Notes: generated by a model from the letters alone, not told the origin. A DNA stretch of 64,000 nt from an uncultured Aliarcobacter sp. (GCA_963664305.2 CAXXLV010000002.1:128001-192000), one strand, 5' to 3'; counted from the first letter of the stretch, positions 22,142 to 31,134 are shown. A program made the numbers and translations.

Positions 22142-22711
22142 ATGAATATAACTGTAAATACCCAAAATATAAAAGAAGAGCTGTTTTTAGAAGACTTAAA
22201 CGAATTTGATAATTTAGAAGAATTGGTTTATACAGTTATTGATGCTTGTCCTTATGATTTTGAATTTATTCCTACAATTGCTTCTTTTAAATATCTAACA
22301 AATTTTGACCAAATTGCAAAACTAAATGGTATTAGATATTTTTATAAAATGTATAAATTGATAGATTTATTATGTTTTTATAAAGCCTTAATTCAAAAAT
22401 ATGAAGAACAAACTAATCAAACAAATAATAAAATCTCAAATTGCACTCAACTAACTTTAGTTTTTGATGATAATCATCTATTTGAGAGTTGTCAAATAAA
22501 TGCAATAAAAATCTATAAAAATTGTTTTTTTACTCACAAAAATAAAAAACTAGATAATAAACTTTTAGCATATAGTTTAAATCATATTTTAAATGAATTT
22601 TTTGAGGAGTCTTATACTTCAAAATTAAAAGAGAAAGATATTAATAAAGATATAAAAGTAAGAGCTAATTTTATGGGTATTGATATTTTTACTTTTGAAA
22701 AAGAGTTATAA
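22142..22711 (+). CDS. Hypothetical protein
   Basis: 189-aa ORF with a strong AGGAG SD; no motif recognised. Confidence 0.75.
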   Translation: MNITVNTQNIKEELFLEDLNEFDNLEELVYTVIDACPYDFEFIPTIASFKYLTNFDQIAKLNGIRYFYKMYKLIDLLCFYKALIQKYEEQTNQTNNKISNCTQLTLVFDDNHLFESCQINAIKIYKNCFFTHKNKKLDNKLLAYSLNHILNEFFEESYTSKLKEKDINKDIKVRANFMGIDIFTFEKEL

Positions 22712-22759
22712 CTAAAATCTACAAATAAGCCTAAAATAGATAAAATCCAATTTCAAAAT

Positions 22760-22969
22760 TTATCAAGTGAATTTTTTTATTCATGGGAAATAGGTGAAAA
22801 TCCTATACTGCCCCCGCAACGGTAATCGCATATATAATAAAATTTTTATTATGCCAATTTTTTAAAACCACTGTCATTTTGATGGGAAGGTAAAAATTGG
22901 TTTGAAAAAGTATGCTAAGTCCGGAGACCGACTTGATAGATAAAATGCAAATCAGGCGGGGTGACCTGA
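22760..22969 (+). ncRNA. Cobalamin (AdoCbl-class) riboswitch
   Basis: P1 TTATCAAGT/ACTTGATAG; GGGAA-TAGGTGAAAATCCTA; CTGCCCCCGCAACGGTAA; CCACTG...GGGAAGG; B12 box AAGTCCGGAGACC; downstream TCAGG-CGGGGTGA-CCTGA hairpin complementary to CCCCG (kissing loop). Confidence 0.96.
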
Positions 22970-23049
22970 AAAAAGCCATAAATTTATTAATAGTTTATTC
23001 TTCAAACCCTAAATGATTCTTGTATTAATTTTTATTAATAGGAAGTTTC

Positions 23050-26000
23050 ATGCTTTTATTTCGACATTTTTTAGTGTTGTTTTTTATATTTTTATTTAGT
23101 ACAAATTTATTTGCTAAAGAAAATAAAACAATTTTTTCCATAGTTTCAGATAGGTCAGCAATAACTTTAAATAGTGGTGCAAATACATATCTAAAAAATT
23201 CAAATGATAAAATTATCATACGAACAGTGAGTCAAGTATCTTTGATGAATGATGAGGAGTTGGATAACTATTTAAAAAATTCAGATGTAGTTCTTTTATG
23301 TGCAGTTTTTGGTGATGTAGTTGATAGATTATTAGCACGAAAATATGAAGCTTCACAACTTAGAATTTCTCTTCAAGGAGATAGAAGGCTTCTTAGTTTA
23401 AATAATGATTTCTTAGGAAATTCTTATAGTGATAATATAGATACTATTCTTGAAAAAGATAAAGAAAATCTAGGTTATATAAATTTTTTAGAGAAAAAAC
23501 AAAAAGAGTTTTCTTCTTATGCTTTTTATTTACAAGCAAGAGCTTATTGGGATAATAGAGGAAATGAAAATATCTCAAATCTTTTCTCTTTTTTATCAAA
23601 TCCAAATCTACAAAAAAACTCATGGCCAAAAGTTGTTGAATTAAAATCTATAAGATATTTTTTAGATGCAGATGATTCTAAAACATATTTTGATGTGGAT
23701 GACGTAATCAAAAAAATAGATTCTTCAAAAGATATTTTATTTGTTTTAGATAATGATAGAGCAGATAGTTTAAATGAGTGGAAAATACATGAAGAGTTAG
23801 TAAAAAAATCAAATTTTCAAGTAATATCTATCTTATCTTCTTGGGGAAAATCAAGTTTTGAAGCAGTTAAAAGTCTTGAAAATATTGTTTCAAAATTAGA
23901 TAAAAATCAAGGATTTTCAATTATTTCTTTACATGACTTTGTAATTGGAAGTGGTTTAGGTAAAGATGAAGTAAGTAGTGTTTTAGAAAGATTAAATGTA
24001 CCAGTTTTAAAAGGTCTTAGAGTTTTAGATTTATCATATTTAAACTATTCATTATCAAGTGAAGGATTACAAAAAAATTCTGTTCATTATAGAGTTTCAA
24101 TGCCAGAACTTCAGGGAATTGGACAAGTTCATATTCTTTCTTTAAATGAGGATTATATAACTGATGAAAAAACAGGAGTTACTCTTTTTTCTGTAAAAAT
24201 TTTAGATGATGAAATAAAAAATATTATTGAAAAAGCAAATAATTGGATAAAACTAAAAAAGAAAAATAATAAAGATAAAAAAATTGCCATCATTTACTAT
24301 AACCATCCTCCAGGACGACATAATATTGGAGCTGATAATCTAAATGTACCAAAATCACTTTTTAATATCTTAACTTCTTTAAAAGCACAAGGTTATGATG
24401 TTGGGACTTTGCCTGCAAATGATGAGGAGTTATTAAAAATTCTTCAAGAAAAAGCTGTAAATTTACCAAATGATAAAAAAGCATTAAAACAAATGAGCCC
24501 AAATATAAATAAAGTTGATGCAACTGAGTATAAAAATTGGTTCAAAACTTTACCAAATTATATTCAAGAAGAGATGCAAGATGGACCATTGGCTTTACTT
24601 CATGTAGAGATAAGAAATTTTTTAACAGCTGAAATTAAAACAATATCTTCTACAAACAAATCTTTAGCTTATAGTTCAATGAAAGATTATATGCATAAAA
24701 CTATGGATAATCTTCATCATGCAATGGATGGAGTAAGAAGCGAAAGCAGACAAAGAGCTGTAAATTTACTAGCACAGTTAAGAGAAGAGTATGAAAATAT
24801 TTTAACTTTATCTCAAGAAGAAAAAGAGTTTTCATTTGAATCTATGGATAAACTTAAAAAAGCTGTTATTGATTTAGGAATTGAAGGGATAAAAGGTTGG
24901 GGTGAAGCACCCGGAAATGTGATGGTTTATGAAGATAAACTTTTACTTCCAAGTGTTGAGTTTGGAAATATTCTTTTAGCACCACAACCACCTCGTGGTT
25001 GGGAATTAAATGAAGAGTTACTTCATGCAAACTTATCTTTTCCTCCAACTCATCAATATTTAGCTTTTTATCATTTTATAAAAGATAGTTTTAAAGTTGA
25101 TGCTGTTGTTCATGTGGGAAGACACTCAACTTATGAGTTTTTACCAAGAAAAAGTGTAGGGCTTACTTCAAAAGATTATCCATATTTGATGATTGGAAAT
25201 ATGCCAAGTATTTATCCATATATTGTTGATGGAGTAGGTGAAGGTATTCAAGCAAAAAGAAGAGGTCAGGCTATAATGATTGACCATTTAACGCCACCTT
25301 TATCAATTACAAAACTTTATGATGATTTATTGCAAATAAGACAGCTAATTGAAAGTGCAGAATCTGCAACAGATGAAATAGTAAGAAAGAACTCTATAAA
25401 AAAGATTAAAGAATCTATAGATAAAGCAAATCTAAAAGATGAACTTATTAATAGTATGGATGAAGAGTTAAAAGTTCGTGGTATTGGATTTGATGAGGTT
25501 GATGATGAATTTTTACTTCATGAAGTAGGGCATTATTTAACTCATCTACAAGAAGAGTTTATGCCTTTAGGACTTCATACTTTTGGACAAGATTGGAATG
25601 ATGATGCAGTTAATATTATGCTTAAATCAATGGGTGAAGAGAATACTAAAGAGGTAAAAGCAAATCTTATAAAATCTCCAAAAAATGAGATGAACTCTTT
25701 ACTAAATGCATTAAATGGTGGATATATAATTGCAGGAAAAGGAAATGACCCAATAAGAACTAAAGAGGCACTTCCAACTGGAAAAAACTTTTATGCACTA
25801 GATGGAAGTTTGATACCAAGTAGTATTGGATATGAAATTGGAGTGAAGTTAGCTCAAAAGGTGCGTGAAAATAAAAATTATGATATCAGAAAAAAAGAAG
25901 CGATAATTTTATGGGCATCAGATACAGTTAGAGATGAAGGCGCGATGATAGCTTTTGGACTTGATTTATTGGGGATTAAACCTGTGTGGAATAGTAGAGG

Positions 26001-27402
26001 AATTTTGCAAGGATTAGAACTTTTACCTTTAGATGAAAATAGAGTAAGAAGATATGATGTGATTTTTACTGGTTCAGGATTGTTTAGAGATTTATACTCT
26101 TCACAATTGGCTTTACTTGATAAAGCAGTTTTGATGTCTTTAGATGCTAGTTACAATGAGATAGTTTCAAAATATCCTGCTTTAACGCTTGCGTTAAATA
26201 AAGCTTTAGAACCTCTTGGAGATTTAAAAAAAGCTGGAAATGAATCTTTAGAGACAAATAGTGTGGCTTTAAATTGGGTAGATGAAGCAAGAGAAATTTT
26301 AAAACAAAATCCAAATATAGATGCAAATGAGTTAGGAAAAATATCTAGTAAAAGAGTTTTTGCAACAGCACCTGGTGCTTATGGAGCTGGAATAAATAGA
26401 TTAGCAGAACGTTCAAGTGCATGGAATGATAGAAAAGAGCTAGCAGATGTTTTCATAAAAAGAATGGGATATTCATACTCAGAAGATGGTTATGCACAGT
26501 TATCAGTTGAAAGTTTTGAAAGACAACTTCAAAAAGTTGAAAATACATATTTAGGAAGAGCAAGTAATTTATATGGATTAATAGATAACAATGATACTTT
26601 TGACTATCTTGGAGGATTGAATTTAGCTATTGAAAAAGTAACTGGAAAACAACCAAATAGTTTTGTAATAGATAATTCAAATGCAAATAATCTAAAAATC
26701 ACACCACTTGAAACAGCACTTTTAAGTGAGTTAAGAGGAAGATTTTTAAATCCTCAATGGATAAAACCACTTATGAATGAAGGATATAGTGGTGCAAGAA
26801 CCATGGGAAGTGAGTTTGTTGAGTATTTATGGGGATGGCAAGTTACAAGTCCTGAGATTATAAAAGATTGGGTTTGGGAAGAGGTTAAAGCTGTTTATAT
26901 TGATGATAAATTGAATCTAAAACTAGATGAGTTTTTATCTTCAAATTATCAAGTGCAAGTTCAAACAAATATGTTAGCTGTTATGCTTGTAGCTATTCAA
27001 AAAGATTTTTGGAAAGCAGATGAAAAAACACAAAAAGAGCTTTCTGAAAAATTTGCAAAAAATATAATAGAACATGGAATTCCAGGAAGTGGGCATACAC
27101 ATGCAAATCATCCGATATATGATTTTGTAAAATCAAAAATATCTAAAGAAGAAGCTAATAAATTAGAAGAAGTTTTAAGTGAAAGTCGAATGGAAAAAGA
27201 GAAAAAAGATAGTGTAACTTCTATTCAAGAGATAAAACTAGAAAATCAGAAAAATAAAAATGAAGAAAAAACAGAAGAGTTAAGTGAGAGTAAAAATAGT
27301 AATAAAGATGATTCTTATATGAAATATTTATTGGGTATTGCTTTTTTAATTTTACTTGTTGGTTTAGGTAAATCAATATTTTTTAATAAGATAAAAGGAT
27401 AA
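23050..27402 (+). CDS. CobN/ChlH-family chelatase large subunit, exported and C-terminally membrane anchored (BtuS/HmuS-like)
   Basis: YYNHPPG, PQPPRG, PPTHQYLAFY, HVGRHSTYEFLP, QAKRRG..IDHLTPP, LPTGKNFY, RFLNPQWI; N-terminal signal peptide and C-terminal TM YLLGIAFLILLVGLG. Confidence 0.9.
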   Translation: MLLFRHFLVLFFIFLFSTNLFAKENKTIFSIVSDRSAITLNSGANTYLKNSNDKIIIRTVSQVSLMNDEELDNYLKNSDVVLLCAVFGDVVDRLLARKYEASQLRISLQGDRRLLSLNNDFLGNSYSDNIDTILEKDKENLGYINFLEKKQKEFSSYAFYLQARAYWDNRGNENISNLFSFLSNPNLQKNSWPKVVELKSIRYFLDADDSKTYFDVDDVIKKIDSSKDILFVLDNDRADSLNEWKIHEELVKKSNFQVISILSSWGKSSFEAVKSLENIVSKLDKNQGFSIISLHDFVIGSGLGKDEVSSVLERLNVPVLKGLRVLDLSYLNYSLSSEGLQKNSVHYRVSMPELQGIGQVHILSLNEDYITDEKTGVTLFSVKILDDEIKNIIEKANNWIKLKKKNNKDKKIAIIYYNHPPGRHNIGADNLNVPKSLFNILTSLKAQGYDVGTLPANDEELLKILQEKAVNLPNDKKALKQMSPNINKVDATEYKNWFKTLPNYIQEEMQDGPLALLHVEIRNFLTAEIKTISSTNKSLAYSSMKDYMHKTMDNLHHAMDGVRSESRQRAVNLLAQLREEYENILTLSQEEKEFSFESMDKLKKAVIDLGIEGIKGWGEAPGNVMVYEDKLLLPSVEFGNILLAPQPPRGWELNEELLHANLSFPPTHQYLAFYHFIKDSFKVDAVVHVGRHSTYEFLPRKSVGLTSKDYPYLMIGNMPSIYPYIVDGVGEGIQAKRRGQAIMIDHLTPPLSITKLYDDLLQIRQLIESAESATDEIVRKNSIKKIKESIDKANLKDELINSMDEELKVRGIGFDEVDDEFLLHEVGHYLTHLQEEFMPLGLHTFGQDWNDDAVNIMLKSMGEENTKEVKANLIKSPKNEMNSLLNALNGGYIIAGKGNDPIRTKEALPTGKNFYALDGSLIPSSIGYEIGVKLAQKVRENKNYDIRKKEAIILWASDTVRDEGAMIAFGLDLLGIKPVWNSRGILQGLELLPLDENRVRRYDVIFTGSGLFRDLYSSQLALLDKAVLMSLDASYNEIVSKYPALTLALNKALEPLGDLKKAGNESLETNSVALNWVDEAREILKQNPNIDANELGKISSKRVFATAPGAYGAGINRLAERSSAWNDRKELADVFIKRMGYSYSEDGYAQLSVESFERQLQKVENTYLGRASNLYGLIDNNDTFDYLGGLNLAIEKVTGKQPNSFVIDNSNANNLKITPLETALLSELRGRFLNPQWIKPLMNEGYSGARTMGSEFVEYLWGWQVTSPEIIKDWVWEEVKAVYIDDKLNLKLDEFLSSNYQVQVQTNMLAVMLVAIQKDFWKADEKTQKELSEKFAKNIIEHGIPGSGHTHANHPIYDFVKSKISKEEANKLEEVLSESRMEKEKKDSVTSIQEIKLENQKNKNEEKTEELSESKNSNKDDSYMKYLLGIAFLILLVGLGKSIFFNKIKG

Positions 27403-27404
27403 AA

Positions 27405-27854
27405 ATGTTTTCATCAATTTCAGTTGGTTTAATGCACCAAATCTCATCACTTCTTTTAGAGCCTGTCTCTTGGGCTTTGCTTTTTTTTGTAGTTTTTTCA
27501 CTTTATGAAATAGGAATAACTATAGGTGAAAGAGTTATCGAAATCAAAAGATTGATAAATACTAAAGATAAAACTTTGGTTTTAAATGTTGCAAAAAAAA
27601 GAATAGAAAGAGCAGATTTTATCACAAGACTTGCTCCCATGCTTGGACTTATGGGAACTTTAATTCCTTTAGGTCCTGGGCTTGCAGCACTAGGTGATGG
27701 TGATGTTAAAATACTAAGTACTGCAATGAGTGTTGCTTTTGATACAACAGTTTTAGGATTACTTTGTGGAATGGTAGGTTTTGTAATAGCAAGACTAAGA
27801 AGAAGATGGTATGACAAAGCTTTAACTTTAATGGAGAGTGAAGATGAAAAATAG
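27405..27854 (+). CDS. Short MotA/TolQ/ExbB-family proton channel protein
   Basis: APMLGLMGTLIPLGPGL, AFDTTVLGL; about 3 TMs. Confidence 0.9.
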   Translation: MFSSISVGLMHQISSLLLEPVSWALLFFVVFSLYEIGITIGERVIEIKRLINTKDKTLVLNVAKKRIERADFITRLAPMLGLMGTLIPLGPGLAALGDGDVKILSTAMSVAFDTTVLGLLCGMVGFVIARLRRRWYDKALTLMESEDEK

Positions 27855-28152
27855 ATTTTCAAGCGAACATTTTTCTAAAGAAGATGATGAACCTCTTGGT
27901 CCTTTAGCAAATTTGGTTGATATCATTTTAGTTTTTGCTTGTGGTTTAATAGCTGCTTTAGTTGCTCTTAGTCCTAATTTACAAGAGCATTTTAAAGTGT
28001 CAACAGATACAAAAGTTATAACTCAAGGAAAAGAGTTGGTTGAAATTCCAAAAGAAATAAAAGAAAATATGGAAACAAAAGAGGGATATAAATCTTTAGG
28101 ACAAGTTTATAAAGACCCAAAAACTGGGAAATTGATATTAATTTCTGAATAA
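27844..28152 (+). CDS. DUF2149 family protein (ExbD/MotB-like single TM with Asp)
   Basis: DEPLGPLANLVDIILVFACGL, LGQVYKDPKTGKLILI. ATG 27844 follows GGAG; GTG 27838 is an alternative start. Confidence 0.85.
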   Translation: MKNRFSSEHFSKEDDEPLGPLANLVDIILVFACGLIAALVALSPNLQEHFKVSTDTKVITQGKELVEIPKEIKENMETKEGYKSLGQVYKDPKTGKLILISE

Positions 28153-28230
28153 TTTTCAAGTTATATTAAAAAAATAACAAAATTAGATTATAATGAACTT
28201 GTTAAGATTTAAACTAATAAAGGATATAAA

Positions 28231-28806
28231 ATGAAACATGAATTAATGACTTTACCTTATGCTTTAGATGCCTTAGAACCATTGATGTCAAAAGAAACTT
28301 TAGAGTTTCATTATGGGAAACATCACCAAACTTATGTAAATAATTTGAATAATTTAATTGCTGGTACAAAATTTGAAGATTTATCTTTAGTAAATATCAT
28401 TTTAGAATCAGATGGTGGAACTTTTAATAATGCAGCACAAGTTTATAACCACGACTTTTTTTGGAATGGATTAACTCCAACTCAAGGTGCAATTCCATCA
28501 ACTGTTGAAGAAGCTTTAACAAAAACTTTTGGAAGTGTTGATAAATTTAAAGAAGAGTTTACAGCAAAAGCTGTAGGACATTTTGGTTCTGGTTGGGCTT
28601 GGTTAGTTCAAGATGAAAATCAAAATTTAAAAATAGTTACAACTGCAAATGCACAAAATCCTCTAACAGAAAATCTAAAACCTATTTTAGTATGTGATGT
28701 TTGGGAACATGCATATTACATAGATGTAAGAAATGCAAGACCTAAGTTTTTAGAAAACTTCTGGAAACTTGTAAATTGGGATTTTGTAGCACAAAATCTT
28801 GGATAA
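28231..28806 (+). CDS. sodB: Fe superoxide dismutase
   Basis: HYGKHH, NNAAQVYNHDFFW (Fe-type), DVWEHAYY. Confidence 0.97.
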   Translation: MKHELMTLPYALDALEPLMSKETLEFHYGKHHQTYVNNLNNLIAGTKFEDLSLVNIILESDGGTFNNAAQVYNHDFFWNGLTPTQGAIPSTVEEALTKTFGSVDKFKEEFTAKAVGHFGSGWAWLVQDENQNLKIVTTANAQNPLTENLKPILVCDVWEHAYYIDVRNARPKFLENFWKLVNWDFVAQNLG

Positions 28807-28810
28807 AAGG

Positions 28811-28835
28811 AAGTATGGATTTTTCCATACTTTTT
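28811..28835 (+). terminator. Intrinsic terminator after sodB
   Basis: AAGTATGG-ATTTTT-CCATACTT plus a T-run. Confidence 0.7.
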
Positions 28836-28839
28836 ATAA

Positions 28840-29625
28840 ATGAAATCAGATATTTTTAAAAACTCAAAATTAGACTTTATCGAGTTACGATATGTTGAAA
28901 ATATCGAAGATTGTGTAAAGATGCATTTACACGAAGAACTTACAATCACTGCAATAAAAAAAGGCTCATTAAACCTCATTTTCAATGATACTTTTATTGA
29001 ACTAAAACCAAATGAAATAGCTATCATAAATAGTCAAATTCCCCACAGTGCAACTACAAATGAAATCTCAAAAGATGGTTATGTTTTGTATTTGAAGAAA
29101 GAGTATTTGGAAAAAATAAATTTTAATTTTTCATCAGCTTTTGAGTTAATAAAACAAAAAAATATCTATAAGAATTTTATAAAATTATGTGATTGTTTAC
29201 TTAATGTTAAAGTATCTTTGATAGAAAAAGAGGAGATGTTTTATATTTTTTGTTTATCATTTTTTTCTTTTGAACAAACTATACAAAACCAAAATGAAGA
29301 ATCAATTTTAGCAATGAACATAAAAAAATATTTAGATAAAAATTATCTTGAAGAGTTTATCTTAGATGAGTTAGCTTTAAAGTTTGATTTAACAGTTGTT
29401 CATCTAATTCGAGTTTTTAAAAAAGAGTTTGGATTACCGATTCATTCGTATATTTTAAATAAAAAGGTTCATCTTGCAAAAGAGCTATTGACTTCAAATA
29501 TTCCTATATCTCAAATAGCTCAAGATAGTGGTTTTTTTGACCAAAGTCACTTAAATAGAAGTTTTAAAAGAATTTTTCAAATTACACCAAAAGAGTATCA
29601 AAGAAATATATTTTCAAAATGTTAA
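28840..29625 (+). CDS. AraC-family regulator with cupin ligand-binding domain
   Basis: HLHEELTI...PHS cupin; HLIRVFKKEFG, GFFDQSHLNRSFKR HTH. Confidence 0.94.
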   Translation: MKSDIFKNSKLDFIELRYVENIEDCVKMHLHEELTITAIKKGSLNLIFNDTFIELKPNEIAIINSQIPHSATTNEISKDGYVLYLKKEYLEKINFNFSSAFELIKQKNIYKNFIKLCDCLLNVKVSLIEKEEMFYIFCLSFFSFEQTIQNQNEESILAMNIKKYLDKNYLEEFILDELALKFDLTVVHLIRVFKKEFGLPIHSYILNKKVHLAKELLTSNIPISQIAQDSGFFDQSHLNRSFKRIFQITPKEYQRNIFSKC

Positions 29626-29688
29626 TTTTGTACAAGATTTTATTTTTTGTAAAAGTTATAATTTGCAAAATTTAAAAAGGAGTTTATT

Positions 29689-29751
29689 GTGAGTGTAAAT
29701 GTTATAAAACAAATTATCTCTTTTTCTTTCCTCTGCCTCAAAACTTTATAA
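29689..29751 (+). CDS. Putative leader peptide of leuA (MSVNVIKQIISFSFLCLKTL)
   Basis: AAGGAG SD at 29677-82, GTG start, 20 codons, two CTC and one TTA Leu codons near the end; TATAAT at 29657-62. Confidence 0.6.
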   Translation: MSVNVIKQIISFSFLCLKTL

Positions 29752-29804
29752 TAAAAAAATATACAAAAAACAAATCAAAAATAAAAATCATATCGGAGTA
29801 AACC

Positions 29805-31106
29805 ATGAGTTTCAAAAAATATCAACAATATCCTATTGTCAAAAATTTCAAAAGAGAGTGGGCAGATAAAACTATAACAGAAGCACCAATTTATTGTAGT
29901 GTAGATTTAAGAGATGGGAATCAAGCTTTGATAAATCCTTTAACAGTTGAGCAGAAATTGGAGTATTTTAAAGTCTTAGTAAAAATGGGATTTAAACAAA
30001 TAGAAGTTAGTTATCCAAGTGCTAGTGATACAGATTTTAATTTCACAAGAAAATTAATCGAAGAGAGTTTTGTGCCTGATGATGTAGCTATTCAAGTTTT
30101 AATTCCTGCAAAAAAAGAGTGGATTAGAAAAAGTGTTGAAGCTATGAAAGATGTAAAAAATGGAATTTTCCATTTATATAATCCAACAAATGAGTTTCAA
30201 AGAAGAGTTGTTTTTCAAAAAAGCGATGATGAGATAATTCAAATGGCTATTGAAGCTATGCAATATTTAGTTGAACTAACAAAGGATTTTAAGGGAAAAG
30301 TAACTTATCAATATTCACCAGAAAGCTTTTCTCAAACTACTTTAGAGTTTGCAGTAAAAATATGTAATGAAGTTATAAATGTAGTAAAACCAACGAAACA
30401 AAATAAGATGATAATAAACTTACCAAATACACTTGAAGCTTGTACAGCAAATGTTTATGCAGATAGAATAGAGTGGATGTGTAAAAATTTACACAATCGT
30501 GAAGCTTTGATAATCAGTGTTCATCCTCATAACGATAGAGGAACTTCTGTGGCAAGTGCAGAGTTAGCTGTACTTGCAGGAGCAGATAAGGTTGAAGGAA
30601 CTTTATTTGGAAATGGGGAGCGAGCAGGGAACTTAGACATAATAAATTTTGCTTTTAATATCTATTCACAAGGGATAGACCCAAAACTTGATTTATCAAT
30701 AATTGATGAGGTAAAAGATATGTATGAAGAAAAAACAGGAATTTTGGTACATCCAAGACATCCATATGTAGGTGATATGATATTTACTGCTTTTAGTGGT
30801 GGACATCAAGATGCTATAAAAAAAGGAATAGATTTTTATAGACAAACAAATAGCCAAAGTTGGAATGTACCATATTTACCAATTGACCCAAAAGATATAA
30901 AAAGAGGATATGAAAAAGTAATACGTGTAAACTCTCAATCAGGAAAAGGAGGAGCAAGTTTTATAATAAGTGAATTTTTAGGCGTGAATATGAATAAAGA
31001 TGAAGCTATAAAATTTGGTTTGGTTATAAAAGAAGAATCTGATAGATTAAAAAGAGAGTTAGATAAAGAAGAAATAATCGAACTATATAAAAAGTTAAAT
31101 AGTTAA
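29805..31106 (+). CDS. leuA: 2-isopropylmalate synthase (yeast/actinobacterial type) lacking the C-terminal regulatory domain
   Basis: SVDLRDGNQAL, YSPESF, HPHNDRG, GNGERAGN, AFSGGHQDAIKKG, VNSQSGKGG; ends at 433 aa. Confidence 0.85.
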   Translation: MSFKKYQQYPIVKNFKREWADKTITEAPIYCSVDLRDGNQALINPLTVEQKLEYFKVLVKMGFKQIEVSYPSASDTDFNFTRKLIEESFVPDDVAIQVLIPAKKEWIRKSVEAMKDVKNGIFHLYNPTNEFQRRVVFQKSDDEIIQMAIEAMQYLVELTKDFKGKVTYQYSPESFSQTTLEFAVKICNEVINVVKPTKQNKMIINLPNTLEACTANVYADRIEWMCKNLHNREALIISVHPHNDRGTSVASAELAVLAGADKVEGTLFGNGERAGNLDIINFAFNIYSQGIDPKLDLSIIDEVKDMYEEKTGILVHPRHPYVGDMIFTAFSGGHQDAIKKGIDFYRQTNSQSWNVPYLPIDPKDIKRGYEKVIRVNSQSGKGGASFIISEFLGVNMNKDEAIKFGLVIKEESDRLKRELDKEEIIELYKKLNS

Positions 31107-31132
31107 AAGTAAGTTTTAAAACTTACTTTTAA
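31103..31132. terminator. Bidirectional terminator, perfect 30-bp palindrome
   Basis: TTAAAAGTAAGTTTT/AAAACTTACTTTTAA between the convergent leuA and speB. Confidence 0.75.
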
Positions 31133-31134
31133 TT

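Noticed and set aside
23050..27402. Canonical cytoplasmic cobaltochelatase cobN of aerobic B12 synthesis
   Set aside because: It has a signal peptide and C-terminal TM, and there are no cobS/T/W or other cob genes nearby, so the gene symbol was withheld.
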